The notes: generated by a model from the letters alone, not told the origin. A stretch of 34,982 nt of DNA from an uncultured Porphyromonadaceae bacterium (GCA_947174225.1 CAMWIF010000001.1:1-34982); one strand, 5' to 3'; counted from the stretch's first letter, positions 17,177 to 27,676 are shown. Program-made: numbers and translations.

Positions 17177-18580
17177 ATGAAAGGGAAAATAAATGTGGTC
17201 GGCATAGGTCCGGGTGGGATTGAGGATATGACATCAGGTGCTATAGCAGTGCTTCGGCATAGCCATACAGTGGTAGGATATAAGTGTTATATCCCCTTTA
17301 TCCGATCGTTGCTTCCGGAAGATGCCACAGTGATAGAAAACGGTATGCGTCAGGAAGAGGCTCGTATAGAAAAAGCGTTTGAGATAGCTGAGAAAGGAGA
17401 TAATGTTAGTGTCATAAGTTCGGGTGATGCCGGGATATACGGTATGGCTCCGTTGGTCTATGAGATGCTGAGAAAACGTGGGTGTGATATTGAGGTGGAA
17501 GTTTGGCCGGGCATAAGTGCCTTTCAGAAAGCTGCCTCTCTGTTAGGTGCACCTATGGGACACGATTTCTGCGTCATCTCTCTCAGTGACCTGATGACAC
17601 CATGGAGCTTGATTGAACGCCGGATAAACTGTGCTGCTGAGGCAGATTTTGTCACTGCGGTATATAATCCTAAAAGTCACGGACGATATTGGCAGCTTTA
17701 TAGACTTAAAGAATTATTCCTACATCACCGTGCTTCCGATACTCCTGTGGGATATGTACGTAATGCCGGTCGGGATGGTGAGAAAGTCTCTTTGACAACG
17801 CTAAGGGATTTTAACCCTGAGGAGATCGATATGTTTACGGTGATAATAATCGGCAATTCCCAGTCATATGCATATGATAATCATTTTACTACTCCTCGTG
17901 GTTATCATACTAAGGGCAATATGTCGGAGAAATCTATAGGGCAGTCTATTATGATTGAAAGTTTTCGTACTATAGAGAGCGAAATGCGCAATCCCCATCT
18001 ATCTTTAGGTTTAAAATGGCCTATTCTCCATGCCATTCACACCACTGCCGATTTTGATATGGAAAATATAGTCCGTGCCGATGACGGAGCTGTGGAAAGA
18101 ATCTATAGGGCATTGGCAGAAGATGGTGTGAAGACAATAATCACCGATGTGACAATGGCGGCTTCAGGCATACGGAAAGGTGCTTTACAACGTTTAGGCA
18201 TAACTGTAAAATGCTACCTCAATGAGCCTGCCGCTTTAGAGCTTGCTAAAAAGGAGAACATAACACGTACACAGGCTGGAATACGTCTGGCTGTTGATGA
18301 GCATCCCGATGCTCTGTATGTGTTCGGAAACGCTCCAACAGCCCTTATGGAACTATGTAGTCTTATCCGCCGAGGAAAAGCCCGGCCGTGTGGTGTCGTT
18401 GCCGCGCCTGTGGGGTTTGTACATGTGTGCGAAAGTAAGCATATGATAAAGCCATTTAACGATATACCCAAAATAATAGTGGAAGGTCGGAAAGGGGGCA
18501 GTAATCTTGCCGCTACCTTGGTTAATTCCATACTATGTTGGCCCGATGCACAATGTCTAAAACCCGGAAGAGATGTCTGA
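17177..18580 (+). CDS. cbiH-cbiC: Fusion: Co-precorrin-3 C17-methyltransferase (CbiH/CobJ) plus Co-precorrin-8 methylmutase (CbiC/CobH)
   Basis: N-terminal half VVGIGPG, SSGDAGIYGMA, SLSDLMTPW, YNPKS, TPRGY. C-terminal half IHTTADF, GNAPTAL, PVGFV..ESK, GRKGGS. Confidence 0.93.
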   Translation: MKGKINVVGIGPGGIEDMTSGAIAVLRHSHTVVGYKCYIPFIRSLLPEDATVIENGMRQEEARIEKAFEIAEKGDNVSVISSGDAGIYGMAPLVYEMLRKRGCDIEVEVWPGISAFQKAASLLGAPMGHDFCVISLSDLMTPWSLIERRINCAAEADFVTAVYNPKSHGRYWQLYRLKELFLHHRASDTPVGYVRNAGRDGEKVSLTTLRDFNPEEIDMFTVIIIGNSQSYAYDNHFTTPRGYHTKGNMSEKSIGQSIMIESFRTIESEMRNPHLSLGLKWPILHAIHTTADFDMENIVRADDGAVERIYRALAEDGVKTIITDVTMAASGIRKGALQRLGITVKCYLNEPAALELAKKENITRTQAGIRLAVDEHPDALYVFGNAPTALMELCSLIRRGKARPCGVVAAPVGFVHVCESKHMIKPFNDIPKIIVEGRKGGSNLAATLVNSILCWPDAQCLKPGRDV

Positions 18581-19760
18581 AAAATCATTTGTAGTAATAG
18601 GAGTCAGCGATAAGCGCGATCAATGGTTTTCTCCCGATGTTTTAGAAGTGGTGAGGAGTAACAGTGTCTTTTCCGGCGGGAAGAGGCATCATAGCATTGT
18701 GCGTCCATTGCTCCCCCTGGGAAGCATATGGATTGATATTATAGTTCCGTTGGAAGAGGTATGGCGTAAATATGAAGAATATGACAGAATAGTGGTGTTT
18801 GCTTCCGGCGACCCTCTGTTTTACGGTTATGCCGTGACATTACAACGGGAGTTTCCTAACGCTGATCTGGTTGTCTTTCCAGCCTTCACCTCCTTGCAGA
18901 TGTTGGCTCACCGTATGTTGTTGCCGTATGCCGATATGGTAAACGTGTCGGTCACAGGTCGACCATGGAGTGGTCTTGACACTGCCCTTATTGAGCATCG
19001 TAATTTGATTGGTGTGTTGACCGACCGTAAGAAAGGACCTGCCGAAATTGCCAAAAGAATGATCAGGTACGGTTATGACAACTATATTATATCTGTGGGT
19101 GAGAACCTTGGTCACGAAACTTTCGAGCGTGTTACAACTTTTTCGCTTAACGATGCCATACAACATAGCTTTTCGCAGCCTAATTGTGTGATACTTCAGA
19201 TGACTCATCAGCGGCAACGCTATTTCGGTATTCCCGAAAGGGAGTTTTATCATCTCTTCGGAAGGGAAAAGATGATAACCAAGATGCCTATCAGACTATT
19301 GACACTTTCGATGCTTGACCTGCCACATAGAAAATCATTGTGGGATATAGGTTTTTGTACAGGTTCAGTGTCGATAGAGGCAAAATTACAATTTCCTCAG
19401 TTGGAAGTCACGGCCTTTGAGCGCAGGGAAGAATCACGCAATCTGCTTAAGAAGAATTGCAGAAAATTCGGAGTGCCGGGTATAAACGCTGTGATAGAGG
19501 ATTTTATGAATTGTGATGTGGCACTCTTTCCTCGTCCTGATGCTGTCTTTATAGGTGGCCATGGCGGGCGTTTGAAAGATATAATAGCCCGAATTATTAC
19601 AGTTTTACTTCCGGGGGGAGTGATTGTGTTTAATTCTGTGACAGAGCAAAGCTGTAAGATGTTTGGGGAGGGAATTATGGAAGCCGGATTATCGATAACA
19701 GAATCTCATTCCCTCACCCTTGACAATCATAACACTATAAAAATTCTGAAAGCACAATGA
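18573..19760 (+). CDS. cbiET: Bifunctional Co-precorrin-7 C5-methyltransferase / Co-precorrin-6B C15-methyltransferase (CbiE-CbiT, CobL-like)
   Basis: ASGDPLFYG, MITK..IR, WDIGFCTGSVSIE and PDAVFIGG. Confidence 0.93.
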   Translation: MSEKSFVVIGVSDKRDQWFSPDVLEVVRSNSVFSGGKRHHSIVRPLLPLGSIWIDIIVPLEEVWRKYEEYDRIVVFASGDPLFYGYAVTLQREFPNADLVVFPAFTSLQMLAHRMLLPYADMVNVSVTGRPWSGLDTALIEHRNLIGVLTDRKKGPAEIAKRMIRYGYDNYIISVGENLGHETFERVTTFSLNDAIQHSFSQPNCVILQMTHQRQRYFGIPEREFYHLFGREKMITKMPIRLLTLSMLDLPHRKSLWDIGFCTGSVSIEAKLQFPQLEVTAFERREESRNLLKKNCRKFGVPGINAVIEDFMNCDVALFPRPDAVFIGGHGGRLKDIIARIITVLLPGGVIVFNSVTEQSCKMFGEGIMEAGLSITESHSLTLDNHNTIKILKAQ

Positions 19761-21526
19761 TAACAATAATATACCTAAATCCTGTTTCACAACGTATAGC
19801 TGAGACGTTGAGACATGAACTTAGAGACGCGGTCTCAATTCCATATAAGGCATTCGGTATTGATGATTTTACCAATAGTGAGGGCCTGATATTTATCGGT
19901 GCTCTTGGCATATGTGTGCGTGCCATAGCACCGATGGTGAAAGATAAGTATACTGATCCTGCGGTAGTATGTGTAGATACTGACGGAATCAATGCTATAT
20001 CCGTTATGTCGGGACATATAGGAGGTGCCAACGACTTATGTCGGAAAGTGGCTCGTATAATTGGAGCGAGACCGGTTATCACGACTCAAAGTGATAATTG
20101 CGGACTATGGGCACTTGATACCCTCGCTTCAGAATTTGGATGGCGGCCGGAAGCAACTAAAGAGGAGATGAATCGGGCTATTTTTTCTCTTGTCAACGGA
20201 AAGCCTATTGGTTTGCTGCTCGAAGTTAAGGATCGGGGCACTGATTATCTGGAGAGGTCTTTGCCTCCAAATGTGAGGATAATAAAGGATACAGTGGACA
20301 TAGGAGATATTAAGTTGCTTATAGCAGTGACTTATAAGGTTTTAGAAGTGCCGATCCCGGTGATTTATTATCGTCCACGCGTATTGAATCTGGGCTTAGG
20401 TTGCCGGCGAGGGTGTAATCCGTCGGGAGTGAAGGGATATATACACGCCAATCTTACGTCACATCGGCTCAGTTTTCTTTCCGTGAAATCTCTTTCAACA
20501 ATTGATCTTAAAAGAGATGAGGCGCTTGTCGCAGAGTTGAGTAGTCAACCGGAAATAGATACGGTCAATATCTATTCTGCCGATGATTTGAAAGATATAC
20601 CGGTTCCGAATCCGTCAGAAAAGGTTAAGGAAGTTACAGGTGTGTGGGGTGTGGCAGAGAGCTGTGCCATTGCTGCATCCGATGGAGGCTCTCTCTTACT
20701 TGAGAAGCAGAAAGGGAAATTAGCAGAAGATTCCGACTTCACTTTTGCTGTGTCTATAGACCGAGGTGTAAAACGGGGTGGACATATAGAGATTGTGGGG
20801 GCCGGTCCGGGTGATCCCGAACTTATATCAGTAAGAGGAAAACGTTTCTTAGAGGAAGCCGACTTGATTCTATATGCCGGCAGCCTTGTGCCTGAACGCC
20901 TGACTCATTATGCCAAGCAGGGTTGTGTGGTGCGTAGTTCAGCCTCGATGAATTTGGAGGAGCAATTTAAACTTATGAAGGACTTCTATGACCGTGATAT
21001 GTTAGTGGTGCGTCTTCATACGGGAGACCCCTGTATTTATGGGGCCATACAGGAACAAATGGCTTTTTTCGACCGATATGCGATGTCTTATCACATCACT
21101 CCCGGAATCTCATCTTTTCAGGCGGCTGCCGCTGTCTTACGTTCGCAATTTACAATCCCTGAAAAGGTGCAGACAATAATATTGACCAGAGGTGAGGGAC
21201 GTACTCCTATGCCGGAGAAAGAACAGCTACATAAGCTTGCTCAGTCGCAAAGTACTATGTGTATTTATCTCAGCGCAGGAATTGTAGATGAGGTTCAACG
21301 CCAGCTCCTTATGGCTTATCCTCCGGAGACACCTGTGGCAGCTTGTTATAAGTTGACGTGGCCCGAGGAGAAAATCTACCGGGGAGAGCTTAAGGATCTT
21401 GCAAAGCTGGTTCATGATAATAAGCTGACACTGACGACTCTACTTGTGGTCGGGGATGCTATAGACAATAGAGAAGGGGTGTCACACCTATATAATGATA
21501 ATTTCAAACATCTGTTCAGGAGATGA
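19757..21526 (+). CDS. cbiG-cbiF: Fusion: Co-precorrin-5A hydrolase CbiG plus Co-precorrin-4 C11-methyltransferase (CbiF/CobM)
   Basis: CbiG part GICVRAIAP, DPAVV, SGHIGGAN, GLGCRRG, GVAE. CbiF part from about 20780: IVGAGPGDPELI, YAGSLV, RLHTGDP.IYGAIQEQ. Confidence 0.93.
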   Translation: MITIIYLNPVSQRIAETLRHELRDAVSIPYKAFGIDDFTNSEGLIFIGALGICVRAIAPMVKDKYTDPAVVCVDTDGINAISVMSGHIGGANDLCRKVARIIGARPVITTQSDNCGLWALDTLASEFGWRPEATKEEMNRAIFSLVNGKPIGLLLEVKDRGTDYLERSLPPNVRIIKDTVDIGDIKLLIAVTYKVLEVPIPVIYYRPRVLNLGLGCRRGCNPSGVKGYIHANLTSHRLSFLSVKSLSTIDLKRDEALVAELSSQPEIDTVNIYSADDLKDIPVPNPSEKVKEVTGVWGVAESCAIAASDGGSLLLEKQKGKLAEDSDFTFAVSIDRGVKRGGHIEIVGAGPGDPELISVRGKRFLEEADLILYAGSLVPERLTHYAKQGCVVRSSASMNLEEQFKLMKDFYDRDMLVVRLHTGDPCIYGAIQEQMAFFDRYAMSYHITPGISSFQAAAAVLRSQFTIPEKVQTIILTRGEGRTPMPEKEQLHKLAQSQSTMCIYLSAGIVDEVQRQLLMAYPPETPVAACYKLTWPEEKIYRGELKDLAKLVHDNKLTLTTLLVVGDAIDNREGVSHLYNDNFKHLFRR

Positions 21527-23319
21527 TATTGATATTTGGAGGCACTACTGAGGGACGCTTGGCAGTCAAAACTCTGGACGAGGGAGAGGGAAGGTATTTC
21601 TATTCTACTCGTAGCGATGTGCAGAAGGTGGAGTGCGGACACGGCGAGCATATTTATGGAGCCATGGACCAAGAGAGTATGGTAGCTTTCTGCCGAAGCC
21701 ACGACATTCGTCTTATTGTCGACGCTTCTCATCCGTTTGCGTCGCTTCTACACAATACTATTGGGAAAGTGGCAGAGACATTAGAGATACCTGTCGTGAG
21801 ATTGGAGCGACGTTATCCTACGGTTGATTATACCGGGATAGTTATGTGTGGCAGCTTCGAGGAGGCGATGAGGTTGATGGAACAGGAGAAGGTAAAATGC
21901 TTATTAGCTCTTACCGGAGTGCAGACAATGGAACGTCTCAAACCATATTGGACAAAGCATACGACTTGGTTTCGTATCCTACGGAGAGCTGAATCGTTCA
22001 ATAAGGCTTTACAGACCGGTTTCCCTACAGAACGATTAGTGTATTTTGACGACACGACTGCCAATACATCCTCTATGGTGGAACTGATTAAGCCCGATGC
22101 GATAATTACCAAGGAGAGTGGGGAGTCGGGTGGTTTCATGGAGAAGATAGCAGCAGCCCGCAAATATGATATAAAGGTGTTTGTAGTGGCTCGGCCAAAA
22201 TTGCCGGAGAATTTCATTGTTGTAGATGGCCGACACGGACTACGCCGTGAGATTGAAAAACTTCTGCCTGAATTTTATCAGCTTCATACCGGATTCACTA
22301 CCGGCTCGTGTGCTACGGCAGCCGCAAAGGCTGCTTTGACCGCCTTAATGACAGGCGAGATCTTGAAGAAAGTTTATTTTCGGATTCCGGAGGGAGAGAC
22401 AATGCATATGGACATAGAGTCGGTAATGCTGGACGGGGGCAATGCACAGGCAAGTGTAATCAAGGATGCCGGAGACGATCCTGACGTTACAAATAAAAGT
22501 CGTATAAAAGTTAAAGTCTCTTATGCGTTTCACACTGGAATAAGATTTCACGGAGGTGAGGGTATAGGTACTGTCACTCTGCCGGGGTTGGGTGTGAAAG
22601 TGGGTGAGGCGGCTATAAACCCGGTGCCTCGCACTATGATCACTAACGAACTTTCCTCCCTCTACGCCGGTGGTCTTGATGTGACTATTTCACTTGAAGG
22701 GGGTGTGCACTTAGCTCTAAAGACATTTAACCCTCGGGTAGGTGTGGTGGGCGGAGTGTCAATAATCGGCACTTCGGGCATTGTGCGTCCATTTTCTCAT
22801 CAAGCTTTTATAAATTCTATCCGCAGGGAGATGGAGGTGGCAATGGCGATAGATTGTCATATGGTGGTGGTAAATTCCGGTGGAAAGAGTGAACGATATA
22901 TGAAAAATCTTTTCCCCGAATTACCGCAGCAAGCTTTCATACATTATGGTAATGCCGTGGGCGACACGATGCGTATTGCTCAGGAGTGTGGGGTGAAACA
23001 TATGGCAATCGGACTTATGTTGGGTAAGGCGGTGAAACTTGCTGAGGGAAATATGGATACACATAGTCATAGGGTCACTCTTAACAAGGAGTTCCTTAAA
23101 ATGGTGGCGGAAGAGAGCGGATGTTCGGAGAAAGTTAAATTAGTTATTGGTAAGTTGACCCTTGCTCGCGAACTCCCCCTGCTTTTGACTCCTGATGATG
23201 CACGCCGTTTCTTTTCGGCTCTTTTGAAAATGTGCCATTCAAGATGTGCCGAACTTTTCAGTGGACGGCTTGAAGCGGTCCTTATAGCTGATGACGGTGA
23301 AATATTAAATAGAATATGA
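21523..23319 (+). CDS. cbiJ-cbiD: Fusion: Co-precorrin-6A reductase (CbiJ/CobK) plus Co-precorrin-5B C1-methyltransferase CbiD
   Basis: CbiJ part MILIFGGTTEG, VDASHPFA, ITKESGESGG..EK. CbiD part GFTTGSCATAA, KDAGDDPDVT, AINPVPR, KTFNPRVGV.GG.SIIGTSG. Confidence 0.93.
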   Translation: MILIFGGTTEGRLAVKTLDEGEGRYFYSTRSDVQKVECGHGEHIYGAMDQESMVAFCRSHDIRLIVDASHPFASLLHNTIGKVAETLEIPVVRLERRYPTVDYTGIVMCGSFEEAMRLMEQEKVKCLLALTGVQTMERLKPYWTKHTTWFRILRRAESFNKALQTGFPTERLVYFDDTTANTSSMVELIKPDAIITKESGESGGFMEKIAAARKYDIKVFVVARPKLPENFIVVDGRHGLRREIEKLLPEFYQLHTGFTTGSCATAAAKAALTALMTGEILKKVYFRIPEGETMHMDIESVMLDGGNAQASVIKDAGDDPDVTNKSRIKVKVSYAFHTGIRFHGGEGIGTVTLPGLGVKVGEAAINPVPRTMITNELSSLYAGGLDVTISLEGGVHLALKTFNPRVGVVGGVSIIGTSGIVRPFSHQAFINSIRREMEVAMAIDCHMVVVNSGGKSERYMKNLFPELPQQAFIHYGNAVGDTMRIAQECGVKHMAIGLMLGKAVKLAEGNMDTHSHRVTLNKEFLKMVAEESGCSEKVKLVIGKLTLARELPLLLTPDDARRFFSALLKMCHSRCAELFSGRLEAVLIADDGEILNRI

Positions 23320-24623
23320 TTATGAAGAATGCTTTTCTAATAGCGGCTGTATCATCCGGTAGCGGAAAGACCACATTGTCTTTAGGGCTGATGAGAGCTT
23401 TAAAACGCAGAGGCTTGACTGTACAGCCTTTTAAATGCGGTCCTGATTATATCGACACGCAGTATCATTGTCAGGCTACCGGTAACAAGTCGATAAATCT
23501 CGATCTTTTTATGGCTTCTGAAGAGCATATTAAGGAGCTGTTCAGCCGATTTGGTTCACAAACCGATGTGAGTGTTGTAGAGGGAGTTATGGGTATGTTT
23601 GACGGGTATGATAAATTTTCAGGCAGTAGTGCTGACATTGCTCTTCGTCTCAGCCTTCCTGTCATACTTCTTGTCAATGCCGCTTCCACTGCATTTTCTG
23701 TGGCTGCTACTATATATGGTTTCACACGTTTTCGTGAGGATATAAATGTTGTAGGAGTTGTGTTCAATAGGGTAGCCTCGGAAAATCATTATACTTTTCT
23801 TTGTGATGCCTGCCGGGCAACCGGAGTGCCGGCTTTAGGGTATATGTCGCGTAACGAGATGCTGAAAACCCCGTCGCGTCATTTAGGGTTGTCGCTTGAC
23901 TCACGTATCGAAATGGAGAGCTTTATTGAGGCGGCTGCTGATGAAGTGGACAAGCACGTTGATATTGACAGTCTCTTATCGCTTACAAAGGTAGATTTAA
24001 CCGTGCCTGAAATAAGAGAAAATGAAAAAGAGGAGCCGAGTCGCGTTGTGGCTGTGGCATGTGATGAAGCGTTTAATTTCACATATCCCGTCAATCTCGA
24101 AACCTTACGAAGCAGGATTGTGTATTTTTCACCGTTGCATGACAAATCATTGCCTACCGCTGATATGATATATCTTCCCGGCGGGTATCCTGAGCTATAT
24201 GCTTCGGAGTTGGAAGCCAACCTTTCTATGCGTAAGGCGATAAAGGACTTTGCTGAGGAAGGAGGGAAGATTCTTGCTGAATGTGGTGGGATGATCTATC
24301 TTACGGAGGATATTGACGGGCGGAAGATGTGTGGGGTATTGCCGTTGCACGCCACAATGGAAGTTGCCCGGTTAACATTGGGGTATAGGAGAATTGTGTT
24401 TCCGGAAAGTGCTTTAAACCTAAAAGGTCACGAGTTTCATTATTCCCATATAAAAGAGGAAAAGAATATCAAAGAGGAAAAAACACCTCCTTCCATATCC
24501 TGTCAATTTAATGTGAAGGGGGGAAATGTAGCTACCCCTTTTTACAGATATAAAAATACAATTGCCGGATATACGCATCTTTATTGGGCGGAAACTGACA
24601 TATTTAAACTTTGGAAGCAATGA
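23316..24623 (+). CDS. cbiA: Cobyrinate a,c-diamide synthase (CbiA/CobB)
   Basis: SGSGKTT, FKCGPDYID, EGVMGMFDG, SRHLGL, GGYPEL, AECGG, GHEFHYS and YTH. Confidence 0.95.
   Translation: MIMKNAFLIAAVSSGSGKTTLSLGLMRALKRRGLTVQPFKCGPDYIDTQYHCQATGNKSINLDLFMASEEHIKELFSRFGSQTDVSVVEGVMGMFDGYDKFSGSSADIALRLSLPVILLVNAASTAFSVAATIYGFTRFREDINVVGVVFNRVASENHYTFLCDACRATGVPALGYMSRNEMLKTPSRHLGLSLDSRIEMESFIEAAADEVDKHVDIDSLLSLTKVDLTVPEIRENEKEEPSRVVAVACDEAFNFTYPVNLETLRSRIVYFSPLHDKSLPTADMIYLPGGYPELYASELEANLSMRKAIKDFAEEGGKILAECGGMIYLTEDIDGRKMCGVLPLHATMEVARLTLGYRRIVFPESALNLKGHEFHYSHIKEEKNIKEEKTPPSISCQFNVKGGNVATPFYRYKNTIAGYTHLYWAETDIFKLWKQ
24448..24483 (+). repeat. 18-bp imperfect in-frame tandem duplication in cbiA
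   Basis: ATATAAAAGAGGAAAAGA / ATATCAAAGAGGAAAAAA (16/18 identical), encoding IKEEKN-IKEEKT. Confidence 0.7.
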
Positions 24624-25192
24624 AAAGAATATATACAAGGTCAGGCGATAAAGGCACCACCGCTATTCACGGTGGTGAGAGAGTAGCCAAGACAGATATA
24701 CGCATCGAGACAAATGGAACTCTTGATGAACTCAATGTGGCTGTGGGTAATGTACGCACCTCATTACCTTCAGATCATCTGTGGCAATCCTATCTGCGTG
24801 AGATACAACTTAATTTAATGGTTATTATGAGCTTAGTTGCTACTCGTAGCGCAAAGCGCCATAATAATCCCAATTCTTTGCCCGATGGTCTGGTGGAGGA
24901 TGTGGAGAGACTTATTGATACCATTACTTCCCAATGTACACCACCCGACAGCTTTATTCTTCCCGGTGGAACTCCTCTGGCATCACTTCTTCATCAGGCA
25001 CGTGTTATAGCTCGGAGAGCAGAACGCAGATTATGGAGCTTGAATATGGAAGATTCTGTTGAGGAGATGATTCTCCAATATATAAACCGTCTTTCAGATC
25101 TATTTTTTATAATGGCACGCTATGAACTTCAACATTCCGGTTGTGGAGAGGAGGTTTGGCGTGAATTTGGATATAAACGCAGAATAAGATGA
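24620..25192 (+). CDS. pduO: PduO-type ATP:corrinoid adenosyltransferase
   Basis: IYTRSGDKGTT ATP motif, GTLDELN, FILPGG, RRAER and NRLSDLFF..AR. Start at ATG 24620 (ATGA overlap). Confidence 0.92.
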   Translation: MKRIYTRSGDKGTTAIHGGERVAKTDIRIETNGTLDELNVAVGNVRTSLPSDHLWQSYLREIQLNLMVIMSLVATRSAKRHNNPNSLPDGLVEDVERLIDTITSQCTPPDSFILPGGTPLASLLHQARVIARRAERRLWSLNMEDSVEEMILQYINRLSDLFFIMARYELQHSGCGEEVWREFGYKRRIR

Positions 25193-26658
25193 AAAGATTG
25201 TCACCGATTATGCTTGCCGGCACAGGCAGTGATGTTGGAAAAAGTCTTATTGCTACCGGACTATGCAGGATTTTCCTTCAAGACGGTTATAATCCCGCTC
25301 CGTTTAAGGCTCAGAATATGGCTCTTAATTCTTATGCAACTCCTGACGGTCTGGAGATAGGACGAGCTCAAGCAGTACAGGCAGAGGCAGCCGGAATCGC
25401 CTGTAGCACTGATATGAATCCTATCTTGTTGAAACCCTCGGGCGAGCACACATCGCAGGTGGTGATCAACGGTAAGCCTTATGGTAATCGTGACGCCTAC
25501 ACATATTTCCGTAAGGATGGTAAAGAGGAATTACGTGAAATTGCCCATGCGGCATTTGATCGTCTACGAAGCTGCTATCATCCTATAGTCCTTGAAGGTG
25601 CCGGCAGCATTACAGAGCTTAACCTGCGTGATGGCGATATTGTGAATATGTCTATGGCGAGATATGCGAATGCTACCGTGATTCTTGTGGCAGACATTGA
25701 CAGAGGTGGAGTATTTGCGAGTGTCTATGGCTCAATAATGCTGCAATCTCCTGAAGATAGGCAACGTATAAAGGGTGTTATCATTAATAAGTTTCGTGGT
25801 GACCTCCGGCTTTTTGAAAGCGGACGGATGCTCTTGGAAGAGATATGCGGAGTGCCGGTGCTCGGGGTGGTCCCTATGGCACCACATATAACTATCGAAG
25901 AGGAGGACTCTGTGGCTTTGGAAAGTAAGGGTAAAGTAACATCGGCAGAGAAAATCAATGTGGCTGTGATACTGTTGCCGCACATATCCAATTTTACGGA
26001 TTTCAATGCGCTGGAAAGGCATCAGGATATCAATCTGTTTTATGCCACCACCTCGGATGAAATTGATGAGGCTGACATAATTATTCTCCCCGGAAGCAAG
26101 AACACGTTGGCTGACCTTCAGTTCCTGCGTAAAAAAGGCTTCTCCGGTAAGATTTTGGAAGCTCGTGCAAAAGGTAAGACAATTGTGGGTATATGTGGAG
26201 GTTATCAGATGCTGGGTCTTACGGTGACAGATCCACAAGGTGTAGAAGGCGACATAGGCATATTACCCGGATTAGGGCTTCTCCCTGTCACTACTTGTTT
26301 GACTGCTGAGAAGGTAACCAGACAGACTCAGTTTCATTTTCTTAATTCGGATGAGGTGTGTGAAGGTTATGAGATTCATATGGGACATACAGACTCTAAA
26401 GCACCTCTGACTGTGGACACGTATGGTCGGCAAGATGGATGTTTTGTAGATACACATTGTTTCGGCACCTATATACACGGTATCTTTGACAATGCAACGG
26501 TAGTGGACTTCCTTCTTGCACCTTTCAAAAGTGATAAGAGAGCAGTTAACTGCGATTACAAAGCCTATAAGGAAGCTCAATATGATGCTCTTGCCGATTG
26601 GCTGAGACGATACGTGGATATTGAAAAACTATATAGTATTATGCAAAGCTATGATTAA
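25189..26658 (+). CDS. cbiP: Cobyric acid synthase (CbiP/CobQ)
   Basis: GTGSDVGKS, PFKAQNMALNS, EGAGS..ELNL, DIDRGG, ISNFTDF, GICGGYQMLG, GYEIHMG and GTYIHG. Confidence 0.96.
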   Translation: MKRLSPIMLAGTGSDVGKSLIATGLCRIFLQDGYNPAPFKAQNMALNSYATPDGLEIGRAQAVQAEAAGIACSTDMNPILLKPSGEHTSQVVINGKPYGNRDAYTYFRKDGKEELREIAHAAFDRLRSCYHPIVLEGAGSITELNLRDGDIVNMSMARYANATVILVADIDRGGVFASVYGSIMLQSPEDRQRIKGVIINKFRGDLRLFESGRMLLEEICGVPVLGVVPMAPHITIEEEDSVALESKGKVTSAEKINVAVILLPHISNFTDFNALERHQDINLFYATTSDEIDEADIIILPGSKNTLADLQFLRKKGFSGKILEARAKGKTIVGICGGYQMLGLTVTDPQGVEGDIGILPGLGLLPVTTCLTAEKVTRQTQFHFLNSDEVCEGYEIHMGHTDSKAPLTVDTYGRQDGCFVDTHCFGTYIHGIFDNATVVDFLLAPFKSDKRAVNCDYKAYKEAQYDALADWLRRYVDIEKLYSIMQSYD

Positions 26659-27676
26659 TGGGCACGGTGACGATATTTTCAGATATGGTGACAAGGTAAA
26701 AGTGAATTTCAGCACAAATATCTGTCAAGATATTGACCATACATCTCTGATGCGGCATCTTATGTTATTCCCCGGACTGCTTTCTAATTATCCAGAACCG
26801 GAACCGTTGAGCGTGGAGCGTTTACTTGCCGCTGAACACGGTATAAATGAGGAGAATATATTGGTGACTAACGGAGCTACCGAGGCAATTTATTTGATAG
26901 CGCGAAAAATGCAGGGAAAAAGATCGACAGTAATAGTGCCCACTTTTCGCGAATACCAGGATGCTTGCGCAATGTATGGTCATAATATCAATTTTTTAAC
27001 TGAAGAGAATTTCATTGGCATTGGTATAATAGAAGATGACAATGACGCTGTTTGGTTATGTAATCCAAATAATCCTACCGGACGTATATATGACCGTTCC
27101 CTCCTTTTGAGATTGGCTGATTCGATGCCGCACACACTCTTTATTATTGATCAGGCGTATGCGGATTATTCTGTAGCTGACCTATTGACAGTGGACGATG
27201 TGATGTTAAGAAGAAATATAGTTCTTTTATACTCTCTTACCAAACGTTTTTCAGTGCCCGGGCTGCGAATTGGCTATGCTGTTGCACCGTTAGAAGTGAC
27301 GTTAGCTCTACGCTCAATGAGGATGCCTTGGGGAATAAACTCGTTTGCCACTGAAGCATCACATTATCTGCTTGCCCATAAGAGCGATTATAAGATAGAT
27401 AGCTATCTTCTGAATCAGGAGGTAAGAAGAATAGGGGAGGCTTTAAAAGTATTTGGCATATCGTCCGGTCCGACGGATTGCAATTTTCTGTTGTGTGAGC
27501 TTCCTTATGGAAGTTCAGCATCCCTTAAAGAGTGGCTCGTAAATAATAGAGGGCTACTAATACGAGATGCTTCTAATTTTGAGAGCCTGGGTAAATGTCA
27601 TTTTCGAATAGCTGCTCAGAGTCCGGAGAGGAATGATTTGCTTATCAGAAGTATTGAAGAATGGATTATGTTATGA
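26651..27676 (+). CDS. cobD: L-threonine-O-3-phosphate decarboxylase (PLP aminotransferase class I/II fold)
   Basis: MINGHGDD, FSTN, NGATEAI, CNPNNPTG, and PLP lysine in SLTKRFSVPGLRIGY. Located between cbiP and cbiB. Start moved to ATG 26651. Confidence 0.88.
   Translation: MINGHGDDIFRYGDKVKVNFSTNICQDIDHTSLMRHLMLFPGLLSNYPEPEPLSVERLLAAEHGINEENILVTNGATEAIYLIARKMQGKRSTVIVPTFREYQDACAMYGHNINFLTEENFIGIGIIEDDNDAVWLCNPNNPTGRIYDRSLLLRLADSMPHTLFIIDQAYADYSVADLLTVDDVMLRRNIVLLYSLTKRFSVPGLRIGYAVAPLEVTLALRSMRMPWGINSFATEASHYLLAHKSDYKIDSYLLNQEVRRIGEALKVFGISSGPTDCNFLLCELPYGSSASLKEWLVNNRGLLIRDASNFESLGKCHFRIAAQSPERNDLLIRSIEEWIML

Noticed and set aside
17177-23319. cbiH-C, cbiE-T, cbiG-F and cbiJ-D fusions as a novelty
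   Set aside because: These fusions are familiar from Bacteroides-type cobalamin clusters.
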